Of a stretch of DNA of 64,000 nt, positions 1 to 11,069 are shown piece by piece. The notes under the pieces were generated by a model, which was given only the letters and a program-made list of their open reading frames with translations, was not told the origin of the DNA and ran no database searches. Made by a program: the position numbers and the translations under genes. Source of the stretch: Camelus ferus (lineage: Eukaryota); the NCBI RefSeq assembly GCF_009834535.1, contig NC_045696.1, forward strand, positions 65,846,001 to 65,910,000, written 5' to 3'. The first letter of the stretch is position 1. The number at the start of each line of letters is the position of its first letter.

Positions 1-399
1 CCTAATCCAATAGACCTTAACTTTATGTGCAGGTGAATCTTCAGAGACCATAGGTAATATTCAGGGAGGTTATAAACCTCCTAACCTTGTAGGCAAACTT
101 TGTAATATGTTAATGTCTGTCTTTTTTTTCCCCCTTAGAAAAACATCTTCATTGTTTTATTGTATTATCAGTTAGGAGCCATTTATCTGAAACAATCTAT
201 TAAAAGCTGAGTCCCATGAGTAAAAAGTGAGTATTTTTACATAGCTAGTCAATGACAAAGCCAGAACTAAAACTTATTTTGTCTTCTTTTTCTTAAACCA
301 GTAAAACAATTGAAGAGATGTGCTTTTGTATTTTAATGTTTGATACAGTTTGTTTAATCAAAGAAAGTGTGAACAGTGAATGTGAGATTTAAGGAGTCA

Positions 400-500
400 G
401 AGAATGTGTTTGTTTTGTTTACAGTGTTCCCAGGACAAAGAACATAGATCAACACAAGGTAGGTGCTCAGAAAATATTTGTTGAATGAATTAATGAATGA
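400..500 (+). mobile_element. LINE-2 3' end fragment
   Basis: gtaggtgctcagaaaatatttgttgaatgaattaatgaatga matches the typical L2 3' terminus with TGAA repeats. Confidence 0.75.
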
Positions 501-914
501 CAGTAACTGGTCTGATTCACTGTGTTGCTGCAGTGTGGGATTTCTGAGAAAAATGTTTATTTCAACCACACGGTGGTGCCATTTTACAGTATATTTGAAA
601 AATAAAGCTAAGGCAAAAACCAGGTAACCCAACATATTATCTTTCCTTTGATGAAGCGATTTAAATCTAGACTATGAAATAAATTATTGAGATAATTTAT
701 GTAGCAAATCTATTTACTTAGAAACCCGTAAGGTAAAGTGGCCATAAGACTTGAATTGCTGATAGACAATGCAACGTTGCATGTGAGCAGTTTTTGCTTA
801 TTGTGGTTTAGCATCGAGAGTGCTTAATCCAAATGACAGCTACTTGGCAGCTGGTAGGTGTCACTCTACAGCACTCTTTTGGTCATTAAGCACCCTTCAG
901 ACTGACAGAAACTC

Positions 915-1339
915 TGGTGTCAGCTCCTGCTAGCTCACAAGAGCTGACTGTTAACTTTTTAAGAATTAAATCATATAAATTTATAATTAAATAAATTAAA
1001 TCTTAAACTAGAGATAATGAATACTTAAAACTTACTATGTCTTAGTTATTTTACCATGGTAATTGATTTATTATTATTAATATTCTTATAATAAATACAG
1101 TTATTTATTACTACCTCTGCTCTTGAGGTTACATATGTTATATCTCTATGGTAGCAATATTAGATATTTCTAGTAAACTACAGCTTATCTCCTTCCAACT
1201 ATGCATTCAGTAACTTCATGTTGGCAGTTTGAAACTAGCCATATAGGGAGTATTTACATCATGGAAGTTGACAAATACTAAAAACAGGGGCTCAATCCAC
1301 CATCACAGAGCTGGTTGCTAAATACTTAGCACACCACTG
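915..1339. mobile_element. hAT-Blackjack MITE, MER63-like
   Basis: Ends in agcacaccactg (terminal repeat-like). Internal gagctgactgttaac, AT-rich core and agtatttacatcatggaagttgacaaatac resemble recalled MER63. Confidence 0.65.
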
Positions 1340-2956
1340 GTTGCAGGTAGAAATTTTACATTTCGAGGCACTATGCCCTACAGCAAAGCAGCATGAATTG
1401 GATCTTCATAGCTATGAAATTTGAATATTAAGATGATGGTACAAGGCCTTGAGAATTTGAAAATGGAGAAAAAATATTCAGAGGGTAGGACAAGGAATTC
1501 AACTATACATATGATATAGGACTCCAGCTCCATATGCCAACCAAAATCTGCCATTCCAACTCCTTTTGGAGTGAGAATTTCTTAATACCTTTGGTGAAGA
1601 CTATTTCTCATTATAATCTCCAGCTCTGAAGGACTATGAATCCCTAGATGGGTCATATACTAAATGCTTTTCTCTTGATGATCCTGTGAAGTGACAGGGA
1701 GAGTAAAGATTAGCTGGGCGAGATGGAGAACAAATGTATGATATTATTAGTCCAGAGAATATCATATACCTGTAATCTTCACCTTTACTGAAGTGTAAGA
1801 TTATTGTGGGCACAGGGTCAACCCTGCCTGAAAATTCTAGATCAGGCATAGGGCTTTCACAAAATAGATGCTCAGTAACTACTGCATGTAGGTGTCGCAC
1901 TAAGTTGAACTGAGCTGAGCTACCTGGAATAGAATTAAAGCTTATGTCTAGTACTTTACACTAAAAATGATTTAAGGACCATAAAGAAAATGTACATAGA
2001 ATAAATGCTTATGAACAGAAGTAATTTGATGGTCTCTAATGTATTCATAAGCATTCTATCTAGAAATGTTACATGTAAAGTGAGTCCAAGAAGGATACAT
2101 CTGTTCTATTTATACTTAAAAAACAGTTTTATTAATTTTCTGAAAAATAATTTAATTAGAAAGTTCCAACTAAAAATTAAGAACACAACCCTTCCCAAAT
2201 GTAAAATTTCTCTTCTTTATGTGCCTTTTGAGTTTTTAATCTTTTGACTTAGAATGCCAGGGAAGCACCTAGTTATCAGTTTGACTTCTGTTTTAGAGGA
2301 CACTTTTTTTATTTTTTTAATTCAGGAAAACATTAAAATACTAAAGTACTTTCCTCATGCAGAAGGAGTGTGGGAGTAACCAAAATATTATTAAAATGTT
2401 TCATTCTTTTGTTAATTTCTCAATGAGTACTTGAATCCAGTGTTTTATTGGTAGATATGCTCATGATTCTAATTTGTCAGTTTTCATTGTACAGCGTGAA
2501 GTTTCTGATGTAGTTCTGGGAAGTGGCTTCCTTGCTCAAGCCTCCAATTTGCAACATCTCCAATTTTGTCGTCTCCACTGGTTACAATTCAGTGCTGAGT
2601 TTTGAGCTTGGCAATACACAAGAATTCTACATCTGGTATTTGATTTAATGTCATTCGACATTTGATAAATGTTAAGTACTATACTACACTTACCATGGTT
2701 CTTCCACCACGTCATGACCTCTGCTGTTTAATGCCTTCATATTTTCATTATCCACAAGTTCCATTCAATCTTCGTTTTCCCTCCTGACCAGCTCAGACTC
2801 CATATTTCACTATTGCTATCATTCCATTACTTTGAAAACACCCAGGATTCCATTTCCCTTCCTGCCTCCATCATCACTGTAAAAATAACTCAACCGTCCA
2901 TCATTTCTGCGACAATACCAGAGCAGCAGAAGGAGTCATGCAACTGCGTAAAATAC

Positions 2957-3383
2957 TATCTTGGTCTCCTAAGACTGCTGTAACAAATCACTACGAATTA
3001 GTTGGCTTAAAGCAACAGGAAATTATTCCCTCACAGTTCTGGAGGCCAAAAGTCTGAAATCATTGTCATTGGACTGAAATCAACTGTTGTTAGGACCACT
3101 CTCCCTCCAGAGGCTGTTGTGGAGAATACACTCCTTGCTTTTCCAGCTTCTGGTGACTGCTAGCATTACTTGCCATGAGGCTACATCATTTCAGTTTCTG
3201 CTTTGTGATCACACTGCCTTTTCTTCTTCTGTGTGTATAAGGATATTTATGATGGCATTTAGAGTCTACCTGGATAATCCTGGATAATTCCCTCATTAAT
3301 CACATCTTGTAAAAACATTAGGATGTAAGTTAACATTCACAGGTTCCAATACCTTTTGGGAGACCATTTATCAATCTAACACA
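2957..3383 (-). mobile_element. MaLR solo LTR (MLT1 family) inserted into an L2 remnant
   Basis: gctgtaacaaatcact...cacagttctggaggccaaaagtctgaaatc is an MLT1 signature. Ends in CA. Flanks aatac (2952-2956) and aatag (3384-3388) fit a 5-bp TSD with one mismatch. Confidence 0.85.
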
Positions 3384-3389
3384 AATAGT

Positions 3390-3945
3390 TTCACTCTAAA
3401 TTCACGATCTCAAAGTAAGTAGGTTCTCAGCATAGCCTAGCAATCTTACTATGTCTACTGACTCTCCAAGATGACTGTACATCTGCTCTGTCAAATATTT
3501 CACATTATCTCTTCCAAACTTCTCTTAGTTAAAGACTGACTATGAATCTTCACATGATGTTTTCATTTCCCATCTCTCTAACCTCATTCTATGCTATCGT
3601 TCAATTGCTCACTCTGCACCAGCCACATACAACTCTTTCTTAATTCAGAGATTTTCATACATATGTTCTTGCTCTCTGATATGCTGCATTCTCCTACTAT
3701 TCCTTCTCTCATCCCTTTTCCAAATCAAAACCAAGACTCTTCTTGCTTAATCCTCTGGTGCCACAAAATGTCACTTAACATTTGTCTTTCCAGACAACAT
3801 TATCTTGTTTCCTGTTTCCACTGTCTCCACACTTTGTCTATTTAATGTAACTAAGGAACATGATTGTTTATTCACCATTAGTTACTTAGTATTTTGTCCA
3901 ATGTGTAGAACTTAAAAGGTACTCAGTTATTTCCTAAATGAACTA
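3390..3945 (+). mobile_element. Degraded LINE-2 fragment
   Basis: CT-rich L2-like sequence ending ggtactcagttatttcctaaatgaa; continues L2-like sequence at ~2700-2950. Confidence 0.5.
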
Positions 3946-5050
3946 ATTGCTGAGATTCAAGTGGCAAAACTTCACAATTTTAGGTTGGAATAGCCTTATG
4001 GCTGGAAGTTTGAACTTGGGGATCGAGACATATTTGAATTCTGGCTTCCTCGTGTTTTACTGGAAGAACTTGGGCAAATTAAATAATATCTTGATATTCT
4101 ACCTACCATTAATGAAAAAACTGAAAGAATCAAGTCATGACTCTACCTCTTAACAGTTGTTCTATGATTGTGAACCTTGTCAGACCCTAGTTTTTTCAGC
4201 TTTAAAATGGTGTTCTCTAACATTCTAATCATGTTTAATATTCTATAATTCCCTTTTTGTGTGAGATTCTAAATGGGAAAATTCAATAGGAAAGAATTTT
4301 TTTTTAATTTAAGAAAAATGACATAACTGAATATTTGCTGAATATTTAAAACTATTTACACTTGTCAGTGTTTGTTTATAAGTGAAATATAGTACATGAA
4401 AATGTTGGCCATCACAACATCTATCTTTCCAGATTTTACTGTGCTTTATTGAAAAGTTGACAAGCCACACTGTATGCCAATGATCTCTCATCCTCAGCAC
4501 TTGACAGGCTGGAAAGCTGTGACAAAGAACTAATTTCAGTTCAGCTTGGGTTATTCTTTGAAACTTTCGTGGAACTAGATGGATGTGCTCAATGTGAAAC
4601 AGATGATAGTTTTGGACAACACATCTGGGAGATGGATAGCTAAAAAACAGTGTGAGTTCACTCAAGAATTTCTATTTTATATAATGTCAGGATATGGAGG
4701 AAAAAACTAATTTCTTTGGTATAATAAGACAATGTCATATCTAGAAACCACTAGTTACCAATCAGAAAAATATTTTAAAAATGATTTCATGCTGTCTTAC
4801 GGGTAAGAACAGAAGACAAACACATATGGATAATAGACCCTTGATATCAGAACAATGACGAATATTCTGGATATTCATGAACTGAGTAATGCAGAAGAAA
4901 GAACAATAAACTTAAAATTATTTGGATTCTAATTCTGGCACTGCCACAGTTTCATAACAATTTATCAAACGAAGGTATATGATGCCAAAATGTTTTCTCC
5001 TGCACTAAAATGTATTGACTCAAATATTTTCTGTCAACTGTCTATAATAT

Positions 5051-5340
5051 GTGTATCAGTTAAAATAATCTAATGCAAGTAACAAGACTCAACTCAAAGG
5101 AGTATACACCATAAGAATATTTGTAATTTCATATAATATGAAATCAGTGACTGGACATTTGATGGTTATTTGATTCATTTAATCAACCATGTCATTAAGG
5201 GTCCAGGTTCTTTCCACCTGTGAAGTCTTATCCCCTCTTAGTTCCACAATGGCTGTAGCAGTTTCAAAAATAACTTTCTCACACACATTGCTCACCAAAT
5301 ACATTTCCTTATGTCCTTAAAAAGATGAAATTGAAAACAT
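5051..5340 (-). mobile_element. Old MaLR LTR (MLT1J/K-like)
   Basis: tgtatcagtta...gcaagtaacaagactcaactcaaa...gtcattaagggtccaggttctttcca...atggctgtagcagtt. Confidence 0.6.
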
Positions 5341-5454
5341 TTCTTTTTATTGAAGTTTCATATGTATGTATAGAGAAAGAGGGGAAATGTGAATGTTGTG
5401 TGTACACATAATTGTAGGAATATAGTATATTTGATATTTAGAACTTTTTTTTTT

Positions 5455-6015
5455 TGCCAAACTAATGAGTATAATGAGATTGGTTGTTTACTCCTATTGT
5501 GCTGGACACAGTGGGGAAAGAAAAGGATAAGCTCAGGATTCAAATTATCAGCTTGAGCACATCATAAATGACCTGAAAGTTTCTAGGCTTGCCCTGAAAG
5601 AAACCCTTATCTCCTTTAGTGACAGAGCTGAAACTGTTGAAAACCAAACCCAGAGCCTCATCCTGAGAGTGGCTGAATTATAATGCAAATTGAATTCTCC
5701 ACTTCACAGAGCTCTACTGTTAAAATAAGGGTATTGATTGGAATAAAATGGGATCCTAAAAACAGGAATGCAGACTTGTGGGAAGTTCCCGATGAAGCTG
5801 GAAACAATAACCTATACGTTCTGATGAGCCCTCTTTGCCAGTAGACGTTTCCATTACATTCACGTCTAAGAAGATTAAACTGATTTGCCTAAAGAAGCCC
5901 CAATGGCTTTCCCTAAATTGCAAAGCTCTGTTGATTCTTTTCAGAATCCCCACCTCTGTTTGCTTCTAGACCTACCACTAGACTCAAGTTCCAGCAGGCT
6001 CTGAAAGTTAAGGTA
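5455..6015 (+). mobile_element. ERV-L gag remnant (frameshifted, with stop codon)
   Basis: Manual translation: VLDTVGKEKDKLR / LKETLISFSDRAETVENQTQSLILRVAEL* / STVKIRVLIGIKWDPKNRNADLWEVPDEAG. This resembles the HERV-L/MuERV-L Gag N-terminus (…RAEIVENQTQALIMRVADL…STVKVRALIGKEWDP…WEDPDEAG). Confidence 0.85.
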
Positions 6016-6576
6016 TGTACATTATGCATTTATCAGTTGACTGAGTTCTTATAAGTCTAAGTTTATACATTCTATTAGGGAGGAACTTTGTTGTGTTCAT
6101 TGCTGTATCTCTAGTTTGGCTCATTATATAAATTCAAAATAAATATTTGTGAATGAAAGGAAAGGAAGATGGGAGAGAAGGAGGGAGATTAAGCCAGCAG
6201 CATCAATTTGAAATAAAGGACACAGGTGAGTGAGTGTAGTTCCCCGATGTGTCTCTTGTTCCTTCTTGAGTAGCATCCAAAGTTAAGCTGCTGATATAGT
6301 CTGATAAGAGTGAGGTGCCAGTGGGATTAGAGCCAGCTCTATGTATTAAAAAGTTGAGGCAGAAGTAAGACAATCTAATTTTGAGCCCTTACTCAGTAGG
6401 TTGTTATCAGATCATAGGACCTAGAAGAAGAAAGAACATTGTATCCATTAGTGTTCTCATCAACAGTTATTACCTGTTCTTCCTACTCCAGAAAGTGTTG
6501 TGAGAATCAGTGAAGACCCTGCATGTGAAAAAAGCATATCATATTGTATTGTTGTACGTAAATTTATGTGGTTGAT

Positions 6577-7046
6577 TCAGCCATAAAAAAGAATGAAATA
6601 ATGCCGTTTGCAGCAGCATGGATGGACCTAGAGATTATCACACTAAGTGAGGTAAGTCAGACAGAGAAAGACAAGTATCATATAATATCATTTATATGTG
6701 GAATCTAAAAAAAAAATGATACAAATGAACTTATTTATAGAACGGAAAGAGACTCATAGATGTAAAAAATAAATTTATGGTTATCAAAGGGGAAAAAGGG
6801 GGAAGGATAAATTAGAAGTTTGGGATTAACAGATACACACTACTATATATAAAATAGATAAACAACAAGAACCTACTGTATCACACAGGGAGCTATAGTC
6901 AATATCTTATAATAACCTATAATGGAAAAGAATCTGCTAAATGAATATATATATGTATAACTGAATCACTTTGCTGCACACCTAAAGCTAACACAATACT
7001 GTAAATCAACTATACTTCAAATAAAAAAATTAAAAAATAATTTAAA
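6577..7046 (+). mobile_element. 5'-truncated L1 (artiodactyl-type 3' end) with perfect TSD
   Basis: ORF2 C-terminal sequence cagccataaaaaagaatgaaataatgcc, 3' UTR and A-rich tail. Identical 17-bp aaatttatgtggttgat at 6560-6576 and 7047-7063. Confidence 0.93.
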
Positions 7047-7243
7047 AAATTTATGTGGTTGATAATAGTTCGAATTTCACAATTAGAATATTAACGAAAA
7101 TATTACACAAGGGAATAAAGAATAGATTGTTCCTCCCATTTGTTTATCATATGAAATCTGCCTAAAATAATCCATATAGTATAATATCATTTACCCCTAT
7201 ACAATCTCAATTGGAAATAGGAGTTAATATGTGTATATTTAAA

Positions 7244-7315
7244 CTTAAGAAAGGTAACTATAATGAACTATAGAAATGATCCCTGAAAGTATAGTCTTAA
7301 GAAAGGTAACTATAA
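7244..7315. repeat. Perfect 20-bp direct repeat around a 32-bp insert
   Basis: cttaagaaaggtaactataa at 7244-7263 and 7296-7315. Confidence 0.95.
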
Positions 7316-7512
7316 AACAATTATAATATAAAAACATTTACATAGCTGTACTTTCTGGGTTCAGGGATCTTGTGTCAAACACAGTGATTTCCCAAGAATA
7401 ATTTCCAGTAAACATTGGTTGAAATGATACATATTTTTTTAGTTCCTGTCAATAGCCAAGAGGCATCAAGGATTCACAATGGCCTTTATAATGTATTTTT
7501 TTCACTTTATCT

Positions 7513-7611
7513 TATATATATATACATATATATATATGTATATATATATGTATATATATATGTATATATATATAAAATTTTATATATTATTATTAAATAT
7601 ATGTATATATA
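7513..7611. repeat. (TA)n microsatellite with tatatatatatg sub-units
   Basis: Directly visible. Confidence 0.95.
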
Positions 7612-8813
7612 GAATAAAGTTAATACTAGATTCAGTGTTTGGATGTTTTCTTTAAAGTTTCTCAAGAAACCACGAGGGTATTTGGAAAAGATCTGTTGCT
7701 TTGGGAGGTCTGACACTGCATAACTGTGATTTAAATGCCTTTCTGGACACAGCTCACTCTTGAGGGGAGCACACTGAGAAGCACTTTCTCTTTAAAGACT
7801 AGTGGGGTTGGTCGGGACCTTCCTCTGCCTGTTCTGAAAGATACTATTGAGCATGTCTCTTCGTCTTACCCTCAGTAGGGCTTCAGGCTTTTCAGTTGTG
7901 CCTTAGGAGCTCTTTTTGTTTACTTCTTTTATTTTTTAAAAACTCTTTCCATTTTATTTTAACATGGAATTCTTTGGCCTAATGAATGCCAAGAATATAA
8001 ACCATGGATTCACTCTTGAGGCCAAACTTTCCCTTGAACCCCTCTTACTTTTTTTTTTAGACATTACCCATTGCATTCCCTCTTCCTTGAATAGAAATTT
8101 CTGACCCCCTACCCAGCCACTGGCAATGCCGCCTCTGCCTACCTCAGCTTCTGAGACTCAAATTCATTTCAAATTAGTTCCTTGGGAAAAAAGAAAATTA
8201 AAATACTGAGAAAGCTGAAGGGATTCGAGATCCTGATTTAAATATGATCTATCAGATCGTACTTTGAGGTTTGTATTCTGGAGAGATGTCTGTATACTGG
8301 GTAAGTAGCAGAAGAAGAGTAGGGAGGGTGGTGCTGTCCTCCAAGGATGGAGTGATGGTGGTGGCTTCCCTTGCCTCTCAGGACCGGAGCTGCAGGCTGA
8401 GGCATCACCATGCTGCAGGCACAACACTCTGAAATTGCCTTACTCCTGCCTAGTCTTTCTAATTCCACTTTCTTAAGTATTAATTAGCAAATGAACCAAT
8501 CCAAAACCACTTAAATGTTGGCTATTTACACACTCATTCCCATTTTGTGAAGAAAAAGGGTAGGTTAAATTACTTTAAAAAGAGTGCTGTGGTGCCAACA
8601 TTCTTAGTTGCTTAATTTATGTTTAATAAGGGAAAAAACCCTAATTGCCCCTATATTCCTCCTCCCTCCATACACTCCACGCTGCCGACTTCTTCCTGAC
8701 TTTGGATGGGCTTATTAAATGAGAAAGAATTCTCGTGGAAAAGCTACTGCTATAATGTTCTGATTGTTACATTAATTTCCCGCCCAGCTCTATTGCTTTG
8801 CTGGAATTTTGGA

Positions 8814-8897
8814 CTTTACTCAGGAACTGCTTAGTGAGCTTGTCGGGAGATGGGATTAGTTTAATCTCCTCTCACAAGCCTCTAAGCACTGGGAAAG
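8814..8897 (+). other. Long imperfect stem-loop (candidate structured ncRNA or pri-miRNA-like hairpin)
   Basis: 35 pairs by manual folding, including 3 G-U, with a 3-nt apical loop. Function unproven. Confidence 0.4.
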
Positions 8898-9004
8898 GTT
8901 GGGGCAGAGGAGAAACAGTGGTAAAGCAGGGAGGGCAGGGAAAGAAAGGTTGCCGATGACCAATGCCAAGGTTTATTTTGTCTTAGAACTAAATTTGAAT
9001 AGTG

Positions 9005-9070
9005 AGGAGAAAGGGGGAAGGGAGGGGAGATAGGAAAGGGAAAGGGAGGGAGAGGAGTGGAGGGGAGGGG
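9005..9070 (+). repeat. Polypurine G-rich tract (G4/triplex-capable)
   Basis: Almost purely purine, with eight runs of 3 or more G. Confidence 0.75.
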
Positions 9071-10199
9071 ATGACAGTGGTGGTCAATACAAGTGTTAAG
9101 CTGGGATGGTAGTGATGATGTCTTCATGGTTTCACTGTGCTTGGAGTGCCTCCAAGCCCTGGGGGCAGTGCACAAATAAGAGGGAAAGAAAAGAGGGGAG
9201 AGTAGAATGATGATTAGCATCCACAAATAAAGAACACTGAGACAAGGGGAAAAAAGGAGGAATTTCTGGATATAAAGGGAGTAAGTGGGGAGACTTGAGA
9301 TTTGGCTCAATTATTTTGGTGGACCTTATCCATCAAGAGGATGGCCTAGGTGGGGACCAGAGTACGTTTTTAACAGAGAGAGTTCCTAACTTCTTCCCCA
9401 GATCAAGATTAAATAAATTGAACTAGATGAGTTTTATGACCAAATTTTGTAAAATGTTTTATGAACTCTACTGTGCCAGAGAGACAGAAGGAGTTATCAT
9501 TGCCACTGGCTGTATCTGGAGAGCACTCTATGGGAAAGATTTGGTTTATATGTTCAGACACCATAAATTCATTTATTTGATTTAAAAATTTAGTGTATAC
9601 TGCTTCCTATTCCACATAATAGATAATGGCATTTTACTGGTGAAGGAAATATGCTTCCTCTTATGGACAACAGGGCTTGGTAATTTTTAAAATACTCTCT
9701 TCCGCAGTTTTGAAGCTGAGTAACAGTCAATGTGTTAAACAAGACTGCAAGTTTTATTCTTTGTCTAAAAAAAGCAATTAGATGCTCTCCCAACATTATC
9801 TAAAATTGAAGAGGATAAAAAATTGAGATGTTAAGTAATTTTTGTCTTCTAAATTTTTCTATCAGTTGTAAGTTATATATTTATACTTTGTATATGTGTC
9901 CAATTACTGAGGATTTAGATCTAAATTTGTAAGTTGAGAGGTACTTTGCATATTTTTCATGCATATTTCTGGTTTCTTTGTTAATAATAGATCAGCGCAT
10001 TAGAAAAGTTTAATTTATATGTATAAGAGACCAATTAATGTCCATAAAAGGGATGAACAATTAGAATATTGAGACTGTGCTTGTGTACACTGTTCTTAAA
10101 GCTAAATATTTTCACTTTTTGAGGACTTATTCCTTGTGCAATGCAAGAGATAAAACAACAAACTGTTGGCCAAATGTGATTTTTTCTTTATGTATATTT

Positions 10200-10895
10200 T
10201 CTGAGATTGGTCAATTGTATTAGTTTTTCCCAAGAAATCACTCTTGAGTTATTTACCTTCTTAAATGTAGATTAATTCTATAATTCATTACTTTCTCTTC
10301 TTACTTTTGTCATTTTGGAATTTATTCTATTGCTCTTTTTTCAGTCTATTTACCCTCAATACATAGCTCATGAATTTTTAGCCTTCTTTTTCCAAATCTA
10401 ATTATTTAAAACTTACATTTCTTCTTTACATTTCTCCATTTCTCCTTCTACATTACTGCTTTGATTGTTTCTCGTAGGTTTCACTATATAGTCTTTTAAT
10501 TACCATTCAATTCTAAGCACTCTTTAATCTTAATGATACATTAGTTGATTCATTAGTTACTTCACTCTTTTTTAAAGTTCCAACTGTACTTTTTTGGTTG
10601 ATGAATTTGTCTTCAATGTTTTATGTTTCTAACTTAATTTCATAGAATGTGGTCTCCAAGATATTCTTACAATAAAGCAAGTTGCTTTATGGTCTATTAG
10701 GTCATCAGCTTTTATGAATGTTCTACATTTGCCTGAAATTAATGTGCACTCACCAATTGTTCAGCATAAGAGAATGTATGTGAATAATAGATCAAGTTTA
10801 TTGAATTTTGAATCTTTAATATTCTTAATGATTTTTTAAATCTGCATAACCTATCCATTTCTGTGAGATGTGTGATAAAATCTTCAATCTTCAAT
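10200..10895 (-). mobile_element. Ancient L1 (L1M/L1ME-like) ORF2 fragment
   Basis: T-rich antisense L1-like phrases, e.g. tatggtctattaggtcatcagcttttatgaatgttctaca and tgagatgtgtgataaaatcttcaa. Confidence 0.55.
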
Positions 10896-10899
10896 ATCA

Positions 10900-11055
10900 C
10901 TCTCCCCTTGCTCACTCGGCCAAACTGCACCCTGTGCATTTCTGAAACACTCCAAATATATTCAAAAGTTAAGGTCTTTTTCTCTGAGGTACCTTGGAGT
11001 GCTTTTGTCCCCAGATTCTGTGTGGCTTGCTCCCTAGCTTGCTTCAGGTTCCTTG
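10900..11055 (+). mobile_element. LINE-2 fragment
   Basis: ctccccttgctcactc...tggcttgctccctagcttgcttcaggt is L2a-like. Confidence 0.6.
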
Positions 11056-11069
11056 ACCTGTTTAGTATA

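Noticed and set aside
1905..1922. gagct pentamers resembling immunoglobulin switch repeats
   Set aside because: Only 2-3 units; switch regions span kilobases.
3269..3289. cctggataat tandem duplication
   Set aside because: A similar doublet is, as I recall, part of the MLT1 consensus.
6223..6231. Consensus splice donor caggtgagt (also ~12097)
   Set aside because: No supporting acceptor or exon identified; such 9-mers occur by chance in 64 kb.
7244..7315. Repeat-spacer-repeat (20/32/20) as a mini CRISPR array
   Set aside because: Mammalian context, only two repeats and no cas genes; the insert is explained by local templating.
7415..7716. ORFs with IY/YT repeats
   Set aside because: Translation of the (TA)n microsatellite.
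8326..8345. REST/NRSE site (gtggtgctgtcc); also a half-site tcagcacc near 37726
   Set aside because: Half-sites overlap or lack a partner; not the canonical 21-bp arrangement.
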